A stretch of DNA of 64,000 bases from the human T2T-CHM13v2.0 reference genome, Homo sapiens. Positions within the stretch are counted from its first letter, which is position 1; each line of letters begins with the position of its first letter. This document shows positions 26,901 through 41,900 of this stretch, in pieces. Both the position numbers and the translations under genes were made by a program. Below the pieces are notes generated by a model. That model had not been told where the DNA came from. It did not search any database and saw only the letters and a program-made list of their open reading frames with translations. The stretch lies in assembly GCF_009914755.1 (NCBI RefSeq), contig NC_060946.1; one strand, written 5' to 3'.

Positions 26901-29900
26901 ATCAAAAGAAATTTTCAACTCTGTGAGATGAGAGCACACATCACAAAAAAGTTTCTCAGAAATCTTCTGTCTCGCTTTTATCTCAAGATAATTCCTATTT
27001 TGCCATAGGAATCAAGGGGCTCACATATATCCCTTTGCGGATTCTACAAAAGTTCTCTTTACAAACTTCTCAATCAAAAGAAACGTTCAACATTGGGAGA
27101 TGAATGAACACATCCCAAAGAAGTTTCTCAGGTTGCTTCTGTCTGGTTGCTATGTGAAGATGTTTCCTTTTTCACCATGGTCTTTAAGCCACTCAAACAT
27201 ACCTGTCTGCAGACTCTACAAAAAGACTGTTTCCAAACTGGCCCATATAGCATGTTTCAACTATGTGAAATGAATGCACTCATCAAAAAGAAGTTTCTCA
27301 GGATTCTCCTGTCTAGTTTTTATGTGAAGATATTTCCTTTTTCACCGTAGGCCACAAATTGCTCCAAATATCCATTTGCAGATTCTACAAAAAGAATGTT
27401 CCCAAACTGGTCAATCAAAAGAAAGGCGCAACTCTGTGAGACGAAAGCACACATCACAAAGAAGTTTCCCAGAAAGCTTCTGTCTACATTTTATGTGAAC
27501 GTATTTCCTTTGGCACCATAGGCCTTAAACCGCTCGCAAATATAACTCCAATTAAACGACCTAGAGACTTTCTCCAGATTGCTAAATCAAAAGAAAGGTT
27601 CAACTCTGTGAGATGAATACACACATCAAAAAGAAGTTTCTCAAAATGCTTCTGTCTAGTTTTCATGGGAAGATATTTATTTTTCACCGTTGGCCCCAAA
27701 CCGCTCAGAAATATCCCTTTGCAGTTTGTAGAAAAAGACTGCTTCCAAACTGCTCAATGAAAGGAAATGGCCAACTATTAGAGATGAATGGAAATGTCAC
27801 AAAGAGTTTCCTCAAAAAGCTACTGTGTCGTTTTCATGTGAAGACATTGCCTTTGGCACCCTAGGCCTTAAAACTCTCTAAATGCACATTCACAGATTCT
27901 ACAAAAAGACTGATTCCAAACTGCTCAATCAGAAGAAGGGTTCAATTCCGTGTGACAAACGTGCACATCACCAAGAAATTTGTCAGAAAGCTTCTGTCTA
28001 CTTTTTATGTGAAGATATTTCATATTTCAACAAAGGCCATAAAGGGCTCACAAATATCCCTTCGCAGATTCTAAGAAAAGACGTTTTCCAAACTCCTCAC
28101 TCAAAAGAAAGGTTTAACACTGTGAGATGAATGGACACATCACGAAGAAGTTTCTCAGAAAGCTTCTGTCTAGTTTTTCTGTGAAGATATTTCTTTTTCA
28201 CCATAGGCCTCAAGCAGCTAAGAAATTTCCCTCTGCAGCTTCTACCAAAGGCTGTTTCCAAACTGCTCAACTGAAAGAAAGGTTGAATTCTGTGACATGA
28301 ATTCACACATCACAAAGAGGTTTTTCAGAAATCTCCTGTCTGGTTTTTAGGTGAAGATACTTCCTTTTTCACCACGGGCCTCAAATATCTCCAAATATCC
28401 ATTTGCAGATTCTACAGAAAGACTTTCCAAACTGCTCCATCAAAAGAAAGGTTCAACACTGTGAGATGAAGGCACACATCACCAAGAAGTTTCTCAGAAA
28501 CCTTCTGTCTAGTTTTTAGGTGAAGATACTTCGTATTTCACCACAGGCCATAAAGGGCTCACAAATATCCCTTTGCAGGTTCTACAAAAAGACTGTTTCC
28601 AAACTGCCCAATCAAAGGAGAGGTTCAACTCTGTGACGTGAATGGACACATCACAAAAAATTTCTTAGAATGCTTCCTTCTAGTTCTTATGGGAAGATAT
28701 TTCTCTTTCACCATAAGCCTCAAACGGATCAGAATTCTCCCTCTGCAGATTGTACGATAAGCCTCTTTCCAATCTGCTCAATCAAAAGAAAGTTTCCACT
28801 CGGTGAGGTGAATGCACACATCGCAAGGGAGTTTCTCAGAAAGCTTCTGTTTAGTTTTTACGTGAAGATATTTCGTTTTTCACCACGGGCCTCAAAAGCT
28901 CTCCAAATATCCATTTGCATATTCTAGAAAAAGAGTGTTTCCAAACTCCTCAATCAAAGGATAGTTTCAATTCTGTGAGACGAAAGCACACATCACAACG
29001 AAGTTTCTTAGAAAGCGTCTGTGAAGTTTTTATGTGAAGATACTTCACATTGCATCACAGTACTCAAGGGGCTCAGAAATATCCCCTTGCAGATCCTACA
29101 AAAGGACTGTTTCAAAACTGCTCAATCCAAAGAAAGTTTCAACTATGTGAGACGAATGCACACGTCACGAAGAAGTGCCTCAGAATGCTTCTGTCTAGTT
29201 TATATGTGAAGAAGATTCCTATTCCACCATAGGCAATAAAGGGCTCACAAATATGTTTTGCAGATTCTACAAAAAGACTGTACCCAAACTGCTCAATAAA
29301 AAGAAAGTTTTAACTCTGTTAGGTTAATGGACACATCAAAAAGTAGTTTCTCAGAAAACTTCTGTGTAGTTTTTATGTGAAGATATTTCCTTTGTCACCA
29401 TTGGCCTCAAAGCACTCCTAATATCCATTTACAGATGTCACAGAAAGAGTGTTTCCAAACTGCTCAATCAAAAGAAAGTGATTAACTCTGTGAGGTGAAA
29501 GCACACATCTCAAAGAAGTTTCTCCGAAAGCTTCGGTCTAGTTTTCATGTGATGATATTTCCAGTCTCACCATAGGCCTCAAAGGGCTAAGAAATATCCC
29601 TTTCCAGATTCTAAAAGACCACCATTTCCATACTTCTCAATCAAAAGAAAGGTTACATTCTGTGAGGTTAATGCACACATCAGAATGAAGTTTCTCAGAA
29701 TTCTCCTGTCTAGTTTTCATGGGAAGATATTTACTATTTCACTCTAGGCTTCAAATGTCTCAAAAATATCCCTTTGCAGATTCTACAAAAATATGCTTTC
29801 CAAAGTGCTGAATTAAAAGAAACCTTCAACTCTGTCCGATGAATGGAGAGGCATCACAACGAAGTTCCTCAGAATGCTTCTGTCTAGTTTAAATGTGAAG

Positions 29901-32900
29901 ATATTTCTTTTTCACCATAGACCTCAAAGGGCTCAGAATTAGACCTTTGCAGATTGCAGAGAAAGACTGTCTCTAAACTGCTCAAATAAAATAAAGTTTC
30001 AACACGGTGAGATGAATGCACACATCACAAAGAAGTTCCTCAGAAAGCTTCTGTCTGGATTTTATGTGAAGATATTTCCTTTTTCACCATAGGCCTTACA
30101 CCGCTCACAAATATCCTTCTGCAGATACTAGAAAAAGACTGTTTCCAAACTGCTCCATCAAAAGAAAATTTCACCCATCTGAGATGAATGCACACATCAT
30201 AAAGAAGTTCCTCAGAATTCTTCTGTCTAGTTTTTATGTGAAGATGTTTCCATTTTCACCTTAGGCCACAAAGCGCTCCAAACATCCGTTTGCAGATGAT
30301 ACGAAAAGACTGTTTCCAAACTGCTCAATCAAAAGAAATTTTCAACTCTGTGAGATGAGAGCACACATCACAAAAAAGTTTCTCAGAAATCTTCTGTCTC
30401 GCTTTTATCTCAAGATAATTCCTATTTTGCCATAGGAATCAAGGGGCTCACATATATCCCTTTGCGGATTCTACAAAAGTTCTCTTTACAAACTTCTCAA
30501 TCAAAAGAAACGTTCAACATTGGGAGATGAATGAACACATCCCAAAGAAGTTTCTCAGGTTGCTTCTGTCTGGTTGCTATGTGAAGATGTTTCCTTTTTC
30601 ACCGTGGTCTTTAAGCCACTCAAACATACCTGTCTGCAGACTCTACAAAAAGACTGTTTCCAAACTGGCCCATATAGCATGTTTCAACTATGTGAAATGA
30701 ATGCACTCATCAAAAAGAAGTTTCTCAGGATTCTCCTGTCTAGTTTTTATGTGAAGATATTTCCTTTTTCACCGTAGGCCACAAATTGCTCCAAATATCC
30801 ATTTGCAGATTCTACAAAAAGAATGTTCCCAAACTGGTCAATCAAAAGAAAGGCGCAACTCTGTGAGACGAAAGCACACATCACAAAGAAGTTTCCCGGA
30901 AAGCTTCTGTCTACATTTTATGTGAACGTATTTCCTTTGGCACCATAGGCCTTAAACCGCTCGCAAATATAACTCCAATTAAACGACCTAGAGACTTTCT
31001 CCAGATTGCTAAATCAAAAGAAAGGTTCAACTCTGTGAGATGAATACACACATCAAAAAGAAGTTTCTCAAAATGCTTCTGTCTAGTTTTCATGGGAAGA
31101 TATTTATTTTTCACCGTTGGCCCCAAACCGCTCAGAAATATCCCTTTGCAGTTTGTAGAAAAAGACTGCTTCCAAACTGCTCAATGAAAGGAAATGGCCA
31201 ACTATTAGAGATGAATGGAAATGTCACAAAGAGTTTCCTCAAAAAGCTACTGTGTCGTTTTCATGTGAAGACATTGCCTTTGGCACCCTAGGCCTTAAAA
31301 CTCTCTAAATGCACATTCACAGATTCTACAAAAAGACTGATTCCAAACTGCTCAATCAGAAGAAGGGTTCAATTCCGTGTGACAAACGTGCACATCACCA
31401 AGAAATTTGTCAGAAAGCTTCTGTCTACTTTTTATGTGAAGATATTTCATATTTCAACAAAGGCCTTAAAGGGCTCACAAATATCCCTTCGCAGATTCTA
31501 AGAAAAGACGTTTTCCAAACTCCTCACTCAAAAGAAAGGTTTAACACTGTGAGATGAATGGACACATCACGAAGAAGTTTCTCAGAAAGCTTCTGTCTAG
31601 TTTTTCTGTGAAGATATTTCTTTTTCACCATAGGCCTCAAGCAGCTAAGAAATTTCCCTCTGCAGCTTCTACCAAAGGCTGTTTCCAAACTGCTCAACTG
31701 AAAGAAAGGTTGAATTCTGTGACATGAATTCACACATCACAAAGAGGTTTTTCAGAAATCTCCTGTCTGGTTTTTAGGTGAAGATACTTCCTTTTTCACC
31801 ACGGGCCTCAAATATCTCCAAATATCCATTTGCAGATTCTACAGAAAGACTTTCCAAACTGCTCCATCAAAAGAAAGGTTCAACACTGTGAGATGAAGGC
31901 ACACATCACCAAGAAGTTTCTCAGAAACCTTCTGTCTAGTTTTTAGGTGAAGATACTTCGTATTTCACCACAGGCCATAAAGGGCTCACAAATATCCCTT
32001 TGCAGGTTCTACAAAAAGACTGTTTCCAAACTGCCCAATCAAAGGAGAGGTTCAACTCTGTGACGTGAATGGACACATCACAAAAAATTTCTTAGAATGC
32101 TTCCGTCTAGTTCTTATGGGAAGATATTTCTCTTTCACCATAAGCCTCAAACGGATCAGAATTCTCCCTCTGCAGATTGTACGATAAGCCTCTTTCCAAT
32201 CTGCTCAATCAAAAGAAAGTTTCCACTCGGTGAGGTGAATGCACACATCGCAAGGGAGTTTCTCAGAAAGCTTCTGTTTAGTTTTTACGTGAAGATATTT
32301 CGTTTTTCACCACGGGCCTCAAAAGCTCTCCAAATATCCATTTGCATATTCTAGAAAAAGAGTGTTTCCAAACTCCTCAATCAAAGGATAGTTTCAATTC
32401 TGTGAGACGAAAGCACACATCACAACGAAGTTTCTTAGAAAGCGTCTGTGAAGTTTTTATGTGAAGATACTTCACATTGCATCACAGTACTCAAGGGGCT
32501 CAGAAATATCCCCTTGCAGATCCTACAAAAGGACTGTTTCAAAACTGCTCAATCCAAAGAAAGTTTCAACTATGTGAGACGAATGCACACGTCACGAAGA
32601 AGTGCCTCAGAATGCTTCTGTCTAGTTTATATGTGAAGAAGATTCCTATTCCACCATAGGCAATAAAGGGCTCACAAATATGTTTTGCAGATTCTACAAA
32701 AAGACTGTACCCAAACTGCTCAATAAAAAGAAAGTTTTAACTCTGTTAGGTTAATGGACACATCAAAAAGTAGTTTCTCAGAAAACTTCTGTGTAGTTTT
32801 TATGTGAAGATATTTCCTTTGTCACCATTGGCCTCAAAGCACTCCTAATATCCATTTACAGATGTCACAGAAAGAGTGTTTCCAAACTGCTCAATCAAAA

Positions 32901-35900
32901 GAAAGTGATTAACTCTGTGAGGTGAAAGCACACATCTCAAAGAAGTTTCTCCGAAAGCTTCGGTCTAGTTTTCATGTGATGATATTTCCAGTCTCACCAT
33001 AGGCCTCAAAGGGCTAAGAAATATCCCTTTCCAGATTCTAAAAGACCACCATTTCCATACTTCTCAATCAAAAGAAAGGTTACATTCTGTGAGGTTAATG
33101 CACACATCAGAATGAAGTTTCTCAGAATTCTCCTGTCTAGTTTTCATGGGAAGATATTTACTATTTCACTCTAGGCTTCAAATGTCTCAAAAATATCCCT
33201 TTGCAGATTCTACAAAAATATGCTTTCCAAAGTGCTGAATTAAAAGAAACCTTCAACTCTGTCCGATGAATGGAGAGGCATCACAACGAAGTTCCTCAGA
33301 ATGCTTCTGTCTAGTTTAAATGTGAAGATATTTCTTTTTCACCATAGACCTCAAAGGGCTCAGAATTAGACCTTTGCAGATTGCAGAGAAAGACTGTCTC
33401 TAAACTGCTCAAATAAAATAAAGTTTCAACACGGTGAGATGAATGCACACATCACAAAGAAGTTCCTCAGAAAGCTTCTGTCTGGTTTTTATGTGAAGAT
33501 ATTTCCTTTTTCACCATAGGCCTTACACCGCTCACAAATATCCTTCTGCAGATACTAGAAAAAGACTGTTTCCAAACTGCTCCATCAAAAGAAAATTTCA
33601 CCCATCTGAGATGAATGCACACATCATAAAGAAGTTCCTCAGAATTCTTCTGTCTAGTTTTTATGTGAAGATGTTTCCATTTTCACCTTAGGCCACAAAG
33701 CGCTCCAAACATCCGTTTGCAGATGATACGAAAGGACTGTTTCCAAACTGCTCAATCAAAAGAAATTTTCAACTCTGTGAGATGAGAGCACACATCACAA
33801 AAAAGTTTCTCAGAAATCTTCTGTCTCGCTTTTATCTCAAGATAATTCCTATTTTGCCATAGGAATCAAGGGGCTCACATATATCCCTTTGCGGATTCTA
33901 CAAAAGTTCTCTTTACAAACTTCTCAATCAAAAGAAACGTTCAACATTGGGAGATGAATGAACACATCCCAAAGAAGTTTCTCAGGTTGCTTCTGTCTGG
34001 TTGCTATGTGAAGATGTTTCCTTTTTCACCATGGTCTTTAAGCCACTCAAACATACCTGTCTGCAGACTCTACAAAAAGACTGTTTCCAAACTGGCCCAT
34101 ATAGCATGTTTCAACTATGTGAAATGAATGCACTCATCAAAAAGAAGTTTCTCAGGATTCTCCTGTCTAGTTTTTATGTGAAGATATTTCCTTTTTCACC
34201 GTAGGCCACAAATTGCTCCAAATATCCATTTGCAGATTCTACAAAAAGAATGTTCCCAAACTGGTCAATCAAAAGAAAGGCGCAACTCTGTGAGACGAAA
34301 GCACACATCACAAAGAAGTTTCCCGGAAAGCTTCTGTCTACATTTTATGTGAACGTATTTCCTTTGGCACCATAGGCCTTAAACCGCTCGCAAATATAAC
34401 TCCAATTAAACGACCTAGAGACTTTCTCCAGATTGCTAAATCAAAAGAAAGGTTCAACTCTGTGAGATGAATACACACATCAAAAAGAAGTTTCTCAAAA
34501 TGCTTCTGTCTAGTTTTCATGGGAAGATATTTATTTTTCACCGTTGGCCCCAAACCGCTCAGAAATATCCCTTTGCAGTTTGTAGAAAAAGACTGCTTCC
34601 AAACTGCTCAATGAAAGGAAATGGCCAACTATTAGAGATGAATGGAAATGTCACAAAGAGTTTCCTCAAAAAGCTACTGTGTCGTTTTCATGTGAAGACA
34701 TTGCCTTTGGCACCCTAGGCCTTAAAACTCTCTAAATGCACATTCACAGATTCTACAAAAAGACTGATTCCAAACTGCTCAATCAGAAGAAGGGTTCAAT
34801 TCCGTGTGACAAACGTGCACATCACCAAGAAATTTGTCAGAAAGCTTCTGTCTACTTTTTATGTGAAGATATTTCATATTTCAACAAAGGCCATAAAGGG
34901 CTCACAAATATCCCTTCGCAGATTCTAAGAAAAGACGTTTTCCAAACTCCTCACTCAAAAGAAAGGTTTAACACTGTGAGATGAATGGACACATCACGAA
35001 GAAGTTTCTCAGAAAGCTTCTGTCTAGTTTTTCTGTGAAGATATTTCTTTTTCACCATAGGCCTCAAGCAGCTAAGAAATTTCCCTCTGCAGCTTCTACC
35101 AAAGGCTGTTTCCAAACTGCTCAACTGAAAGAAAGGTTGAATTCTGTGACATGAATTCACACATCACAAAGAGGTTTTTCAGAAATCTCCTGTCTGGTTT
35201 TTAGGTGAAGATACTTCCTTTTTCACCACGGGCCTCAAATATCTCCAAATATCCATTTGCAGATTCTACAGAAAGACTTTCCAAACTGCTCCATCAAAAG
35301 AAAGGTTCAACACTGTGAGATGAAGGCACACATCACCAAGAAGTTTCTCAGAAACCTTCTGTCTAGTTTTTAGGTGAAGATACTTCGTATTTCACCACAG
35401 GCCATAAAGGGCTCACAAATATCCCTTTGCAGGTTCTACAAAAAGACTGTTTCCAAACTGCCCAATCAAAGGAGAGGTTCAACTCTGTGACGTGAATGGA
35501 CACATCACAAAAAATTTCTTAGAATGCTTCCTTCTAGTTCTTATGGGAAGATATTTCTCTTTCACCATAAGCCTCAAACGGATCAGAATTCTCCCTCTGC
35601 AGATTGTACGATAAGCCTCTTTCCAATCTGCTCAATCAAAAGAAAGTTTCCACTCGGTGAGGTGAATGCACACATCGCAAGGGAGTTTCTCAGAAAGCTT
35701 CTGTTTAGTTTTTACGTGAAGATATTTCGTTTTTCACCACGGGCCTCAAAAGCTCTCCAAATATCCATTTGCATATTCTAGAAAAAGAGTGTTTCCAAAC
35801 TCCTCAATCAAAGGATAGTTTCAATTCTGTGAGACGAAAGCACACATCACAACGAAGTTTCTTAGAAAGCGTCTGTGAAGTTTTTATGTGAAGATACTTC

Positions 35901-38900
35901 ACATTGCATCACAGTACTCAAGGGGCTCAGAAATATCCCCTTGCAGATCCTACAAAAGGACTGTTTCAAAACTGCTCAATCCAAAGAAAGTTTCAACTAT
36001 GTGAGACGAATGCACACGTCACGAAGAAGTGCCTCAGAATGCTTCTGTCTAGTTTATATGTGAAGAAGATTCCTATTCCACCATAGGCAATAAAGGGCTC
36101 ACAAATATGTTTTGCAGATTCTACAAAAAGACTGTACCCAAACTGCTCAATAAAAAGAAAGTTTTAACTCTGTTAGGTTAATGGACACATCAAAAAGTAG
36201 TTTCTCAGAAAACTTCTGTGTAGTTTTTATGTGAAGATATTTCCTTTGTCACCATTGGCCTCAAAGCACTCCTAATATCCATTTACAGATGTCACAGAAA
36301 GAGTGTTTCCAAACTGCTCAATCAAAAGAAAGTGATTAACTCTGTGAGGTGAAAGCACACATCTCAAAGAAGTTTCTCCGAAAGCTTCGGTCTAGTTTTC
36401 ATGTGATGATATTTCCAGTCTCACCATAGGCCTCAAAGGGCTAAGAAATATCCCTTTCCAGATTCTAAAAGACCACCATTTCCATACTTCTCAATCAAAA
36501 GAAAGGTTACATTCTGTGAGGTTAATGCACACATCAGAATGAAGTTTCTCAGAATTCTCCTGTCTAGTTTTCATGGGAAGATATTTACTATTTCACTCTA
36601 GGCTTCAAATGTCTCAAAAATATCCCTTTGCAGATTCTACAAAAATATGCTTTCCAAAGTGCTGAATTAAAAGAAACCTTCAACTCTGTCCGATGAATGG
36701 AGAGGCATCACAACGAAGTTCCTCAGAATGCTTCTGTCTAGTTTAAATGTGAAGATATTTCTTTTTCACCATAGACCTCAAAGGGCTCAGAATTAGACCT
36801 TTGCAGATTGCAGAGAAAGACTGTCTCTAAACTGCTCAAATAAAATAAAGTTTCAACACGGTGAGATGAATGCACACATCACAAAGAAGTTCCTCAGAAA
36901 GCTTCTGTCTGGATTTTATGTGAAGATATTTCCTTTTTCACCATAGGCCTTACACCGCTCACAAATATCCTTCTGCAGATACTAGAAAAAGACTGTTTCC
37001 AAACTGCTCCATCAAAAGAAAATTTCACCCATCTGAGATGAATGCACACATCATAAAGAAGTTCCTCAGAATTCTTCTGTCTAGTTTTTATGTGAAGATG
37101 TTTCCATTTTCACCTTAGGCCACAAAGCGCTCCAAACATCCGTTTGCAGATGATACGAAAAGACTGTTTCCAAACTGCTCAATCAAAAGAAATTTTCAAC
37201 TCTGTGAGATGAGAGCACACATCACAAAAAAGTTTCTCAGAAATCTTCTGTCTCGCTTTTATCTCAAGATAATTCCTATTTTGCCATAGGAATCAAGGGG
37301 CTCACATATATCCCTTTGCGGATTCTACAAAAGTTCTCTTTACAAACTTCTCAATCAAAAGAAACGTTCAACATTGGGAGATGAATGAACACATCCCAAA
37401 GAAGTTTCTCAGGTTGCTTCTGTCTGGTTGCTATGTGAAGATGTTTCCTTTTTCACCGTGGTCTTTAAGCCACTCAAACATACCTGTCTGCAGACTCTAC
37501 AAAAAGACTGTTTCCAAACTGGCCCATATAGCATGTTTCAACTATGTGAAATGAATGCACTCATCAAAAAGAAGTTTCTCAGGATTCTCCTGTCTAGTTT
37601 TTATGTGAAGATATTTCCTTTTTCACCGTAGGCCACAAATTGCTCCAAATATCCATTTGCAGATTCTACAAAAAGAATGTTCCCAAACTGGTCAATCAAA
37701 AGAAAGGCGCAACTCTGTGAGACGAAAGCACACATCACAAAGAAGTTTCCCGGAAAGCTTCTGTCTACATTTTATGTGAACGTATTTCCTTTGGCACCAT
37801 AGGCCTTAAACCGCTCGCAAATATAACTCCAATTAAACGACCTAGAGACTTTCTCCAGATTGCTAAATCAAAAGAAAGGTTCAACTCTGTGAGATGAATA
37901 CACACATCAAAAAGAAGTTTCTCAAAATGCTTCTGTCTAGTTTTCATGGGAAGATATTTATTTTTCACCGTTGGCCCCAAACCGCTCAGAAATATCCCTT
38001 TGCAGTTTGTAGAAAAAGACTGCTTCCAAACTGCTCAATGAAAGGAAATGGCCAACTATTAGAGATGAATGGAAATGTCACAAAGAGTTTCCTCAAAAAG
38101 CTACTGTGTCGTTTTCATGTGAAGACATTGCCTTTGGCACCCTAGGCCTTAAAACTCTCTAAATGCACATTCACAGATTCTACAAAAAGACTGATTCCAA
38201 ACTGCTCAATCAGAAGAAGGGTTCAATTCCGTGTGACAAACGTGCACATCACCAAGAAATTTGTCAGAAAGCTTCTGTCTACTTTTTATGTGAAGATATT
38301 TCATATTTCAACAAAGGCCTTAAAGGGCTCACAAATATCCCTTCGCAGATTCTAAGAAAAGACGTTTTCCAAACTCCTCACTCAAAAGAAAGGTTTAACA
38401 CTGTGAGATGAATGGACACATCACGAAGAAGTTTCTCAGAAAGCTTCTGTCTAGTTTTTCTGTGAAGATATTTCTTTTTCACCATAGGCCTCAAGCAGCT
38501 AAGAAATTTCCCTCTGCAGCTTCTACCAAAGGCTGTTTCCAAACTGCTCAACTGAAAGAAAGGTTGAATTCTGTGACATGAATTCACACATCACAAAGAG
38601 GTTTTTCAGAAATCTCCTGTCTGGTTTTTAGGTGAAGATACTTCCTTTTTCACCACGGGCCTCAAATATCTCCAAATATCCATTTGCAGATTCTACAGAA
38701 AGACTTTCCAAACTGCTCCATCAAAAGAAAGGTTCAACACTGTGAGATGAAGGCACACATCACCAAGAAGTTTCTCAGAAACCTTCTGTCTAGTTTTTAG
38801 GTGAAGATACTTCGTATTTCACCACAGGCCATAAAGGGCTCACAAATATCCCTTTGCAGGTTCTACAAAAAGACTGTTTCCAAACTGCCCAATCAAAGGA

Positions 38901-41900
38901 GAGGTTCAACTCTGTGACGTGAATGGACACATCACAAAAAATTTCTTAGAATGCTTCCGTCTAGTTCTTATGGGAAGATATTTCTCTTTCACCATAAGCC
39001 TCAAACGGATCAGAATTCTCCCTCTGCAGATTGTACGATAAGCCTCTTTCCAATCTGCTCAATCAAAAGAAAGTTTCCACTCGGTGAGGTGAATGCACAC
39101 ATCGCAAGGGAGTTTCTCAGAAAGCTTCTGTTTAGTTTTTACGTGAAGATATTTCGTTTTTCACCACGGGCCTCAAAAGCTCTCCAAATATCCATTTGCA
39201 TATTCTAGAAAAAGAGTGTTTCCAAACTCCTCAATCAAAGGATAGTTTCAATTCTGTGAGACGAAAGCACACATCACAACGAAGTTTCTTAGAAAGCGTC
39301 TGTGAAGTTTTTATGTGAAGATACTTCACATTGCATCACAGTACTCAAGGGGCTCAGAAATATCCCCTTGCAGATCCTACAAAAGGACTGTTTCAAAACT
39401 GCTCAATCCAAAGAAAGTTTCAACTATGTGAGACGAATGCACACGTCACGAAGAAGTGCCTCAGAATGCTTCTGTCTAGTTTATATGTGAAGAAGATTCC
39501 TATTCCACCATAGGCAATAAAGGGCTCACAAATATGTTTTGCAGATTCTACAAAAAGACTGTACCCAAACTGCTCAATAAAAAGAAAGTTTTAACTCTGT
39601 TAGGTTAATGGACACATCAAAAAGTAGTTTCTCAGAAAACTTCTGTGTAGTTTTTATGTGAAGATATTTCCTTTGTCACCATTGGCCTCAAAGCACTCCT
39701 AATATCCATTTACAGATGTCACAGAAAGAGTGTTTCCAAACTGCTCAATCAAAAGAAAGTGATTAACTCTGTGAGGTGAAAGCACACATCTCAAAGAAGT
39801 TTCTCCGAAAGCTTCGGTCTAGTTTTCATGTGATGATATTTCCAGTCTCACCATAGGCCTCAAAGGGCTAAGAAATATCCCTTTCCAGATTCTAAAAGAC
39901 CACCATTTCCATACTTCTCAATCAAAAGAAAGGTTACATTCTGTGAGGTTAATGCACACATCAGAATGAAGTTTCTCAGAATTCTCCTGTCTAGTTTTCA
40001 TGGGAAGATATTTACTATTTCACTCTAGGCTTCAAATGTCTCAAAAATATCCCTTTGCAGATTCTACAAAAATATGCTTTCCAAAGTGCTGAATTAAAAG
40101 AAACCTTCAACTCTGTCCGATGAATGGAGAGGCATCACAACGAAGTTCCTCAGAATGCTTCTGTCTAGTTTAAATGTGAAGATATTTCTTTTTCACCATA
40201 GACCTCAAAGGGCTCAGAATTAGACCTTTGCAGATTGCAGAGAAAGACTGTCTCTAAACTGCTCAAATAAAATAAAGTTTCAACACGGTGAGATGAATGC
40301 ACACATCACAAAGAAGTTCCTCAGAAAGCTTCTGTCTGGTTTTTATGTGAAGATATTTCCTTTTTCACCATAGGCCTTACACCGCTCACAAATATCCTTC
40401 TGCAGATACTAGAAAAAGACTGTTTCCAAACTGCTCCATCAAAAGAAAATTTCACCCATCTGAGATGAATGCACACATCATAAAGAAGTTCCTCAGAATT
40501 CTTCTGTCTAGTTTTTATGTGAAGATGTTTCCATTTTCACCTTAGGCCACAAAGCGCTCCAAACATCCGTTTGCAGATGATACGAAAGGACTGTTTCCAA
40601 ACTGCTCAATCAAAAGAAATTTTCAACTCTGTGAGATGAGAGCACACATCACAAAAAAGTTTCTCAGAAATCTTCTGTCTCGCTTTTATCTCAAGATAAT
40701 TCCTATTTTGCCATAGGAATCAAGGGGCTCACATATATCCCTTTGCGGATTCTACAAAAGTTCTCTTTACAAACTTCTCAATCAAAAGAAACGTTCAACA
40801 TTGGGAGATGAATGAACACATCCCAAAGAAGTTTCTCAGGTTGCTTCTGTCTGGTTGCTATGTGAAGATGTTTCCTTTTTCACCATGGTCTTTAAGCCAC
40901 TCAAACATACCTGTCTGCAGACTCTACAAAAAGACTGTTTCCAAACTGGCCCATATAGCATGTTTCAACTATGTGAAATGAATGCACTCATCAAAAAGAA
41001 GTTTCTCAGGATTCTCCTGTCTAGTTTTTATGTGAAGATATTTCCTTTTTCACCGTAGGCCACAAATTGCTCCAAATATCCATTTGCAGATTCTACAAAA
41101 AGAATGTTCCCAAACTGGTCAATCAAAAGAAAGGCGCAACTCTGTGAGACGAAAGCACACATCACAAAGAAGTTTCCCGGAAAGCTTCTGTCTACATTTT
41201 ATGTGAACGTATTTCCTTTGGCACCATAGGCCTTAAACCGCTCGCAAATATAACTCCAATTAAACGACCTAGAGACTTTCTCCAGATTGCTAAATCAAAA
41301 GAAAGGTTCAACTCTGTGAGATGAATACACACATCAAAAAGAAGTTTCTCAAAATGCTTCTGTCTAGTTTTCATGGGAAGATATTTATTTTTCACCGTTG
41401 GCCCCAAACCGCTCAGAAATATCCCTTTGCAGTTTGTAGAAAAAGACTGCTTCCAAACTGCTCAATGAAAGGAAATGGCCAACTATTAGAGATGAATGGA
41501 AATGTCACAAAGAGTTTTCTCAAAAAGCTACTGTGTCGTTTTCATGTGAAGACATTGCCTTTGGCACCCTAGGCCTTAAAACTCTCTAAATGCACATTCA
41601 CAGATTCTACAAAAAGACTGATTCCAAACTGCTCAATCAGAAGAAGGGTTCAATTCCGTGTGACAAACGTGCACATCACCAAGAAATTTGTCAGAAAGCT
41701 TCTGTCTACTTTTTATGTGAAGATATTTCATATTTCAACAAAGGCCATAAAGGGCTCACAAATATCCCTTCGCAGATTCTAAGAAAAGACGTTTTCCAAA
41801 CTCCTCACTCAAAAGAAAGGTTTAACACTGTGAGATGAATGGACACATCACGAAGAAGTTTCTCAGAAAGCTTCTGTCTAGTTTTTCTGTGAAGATATTT

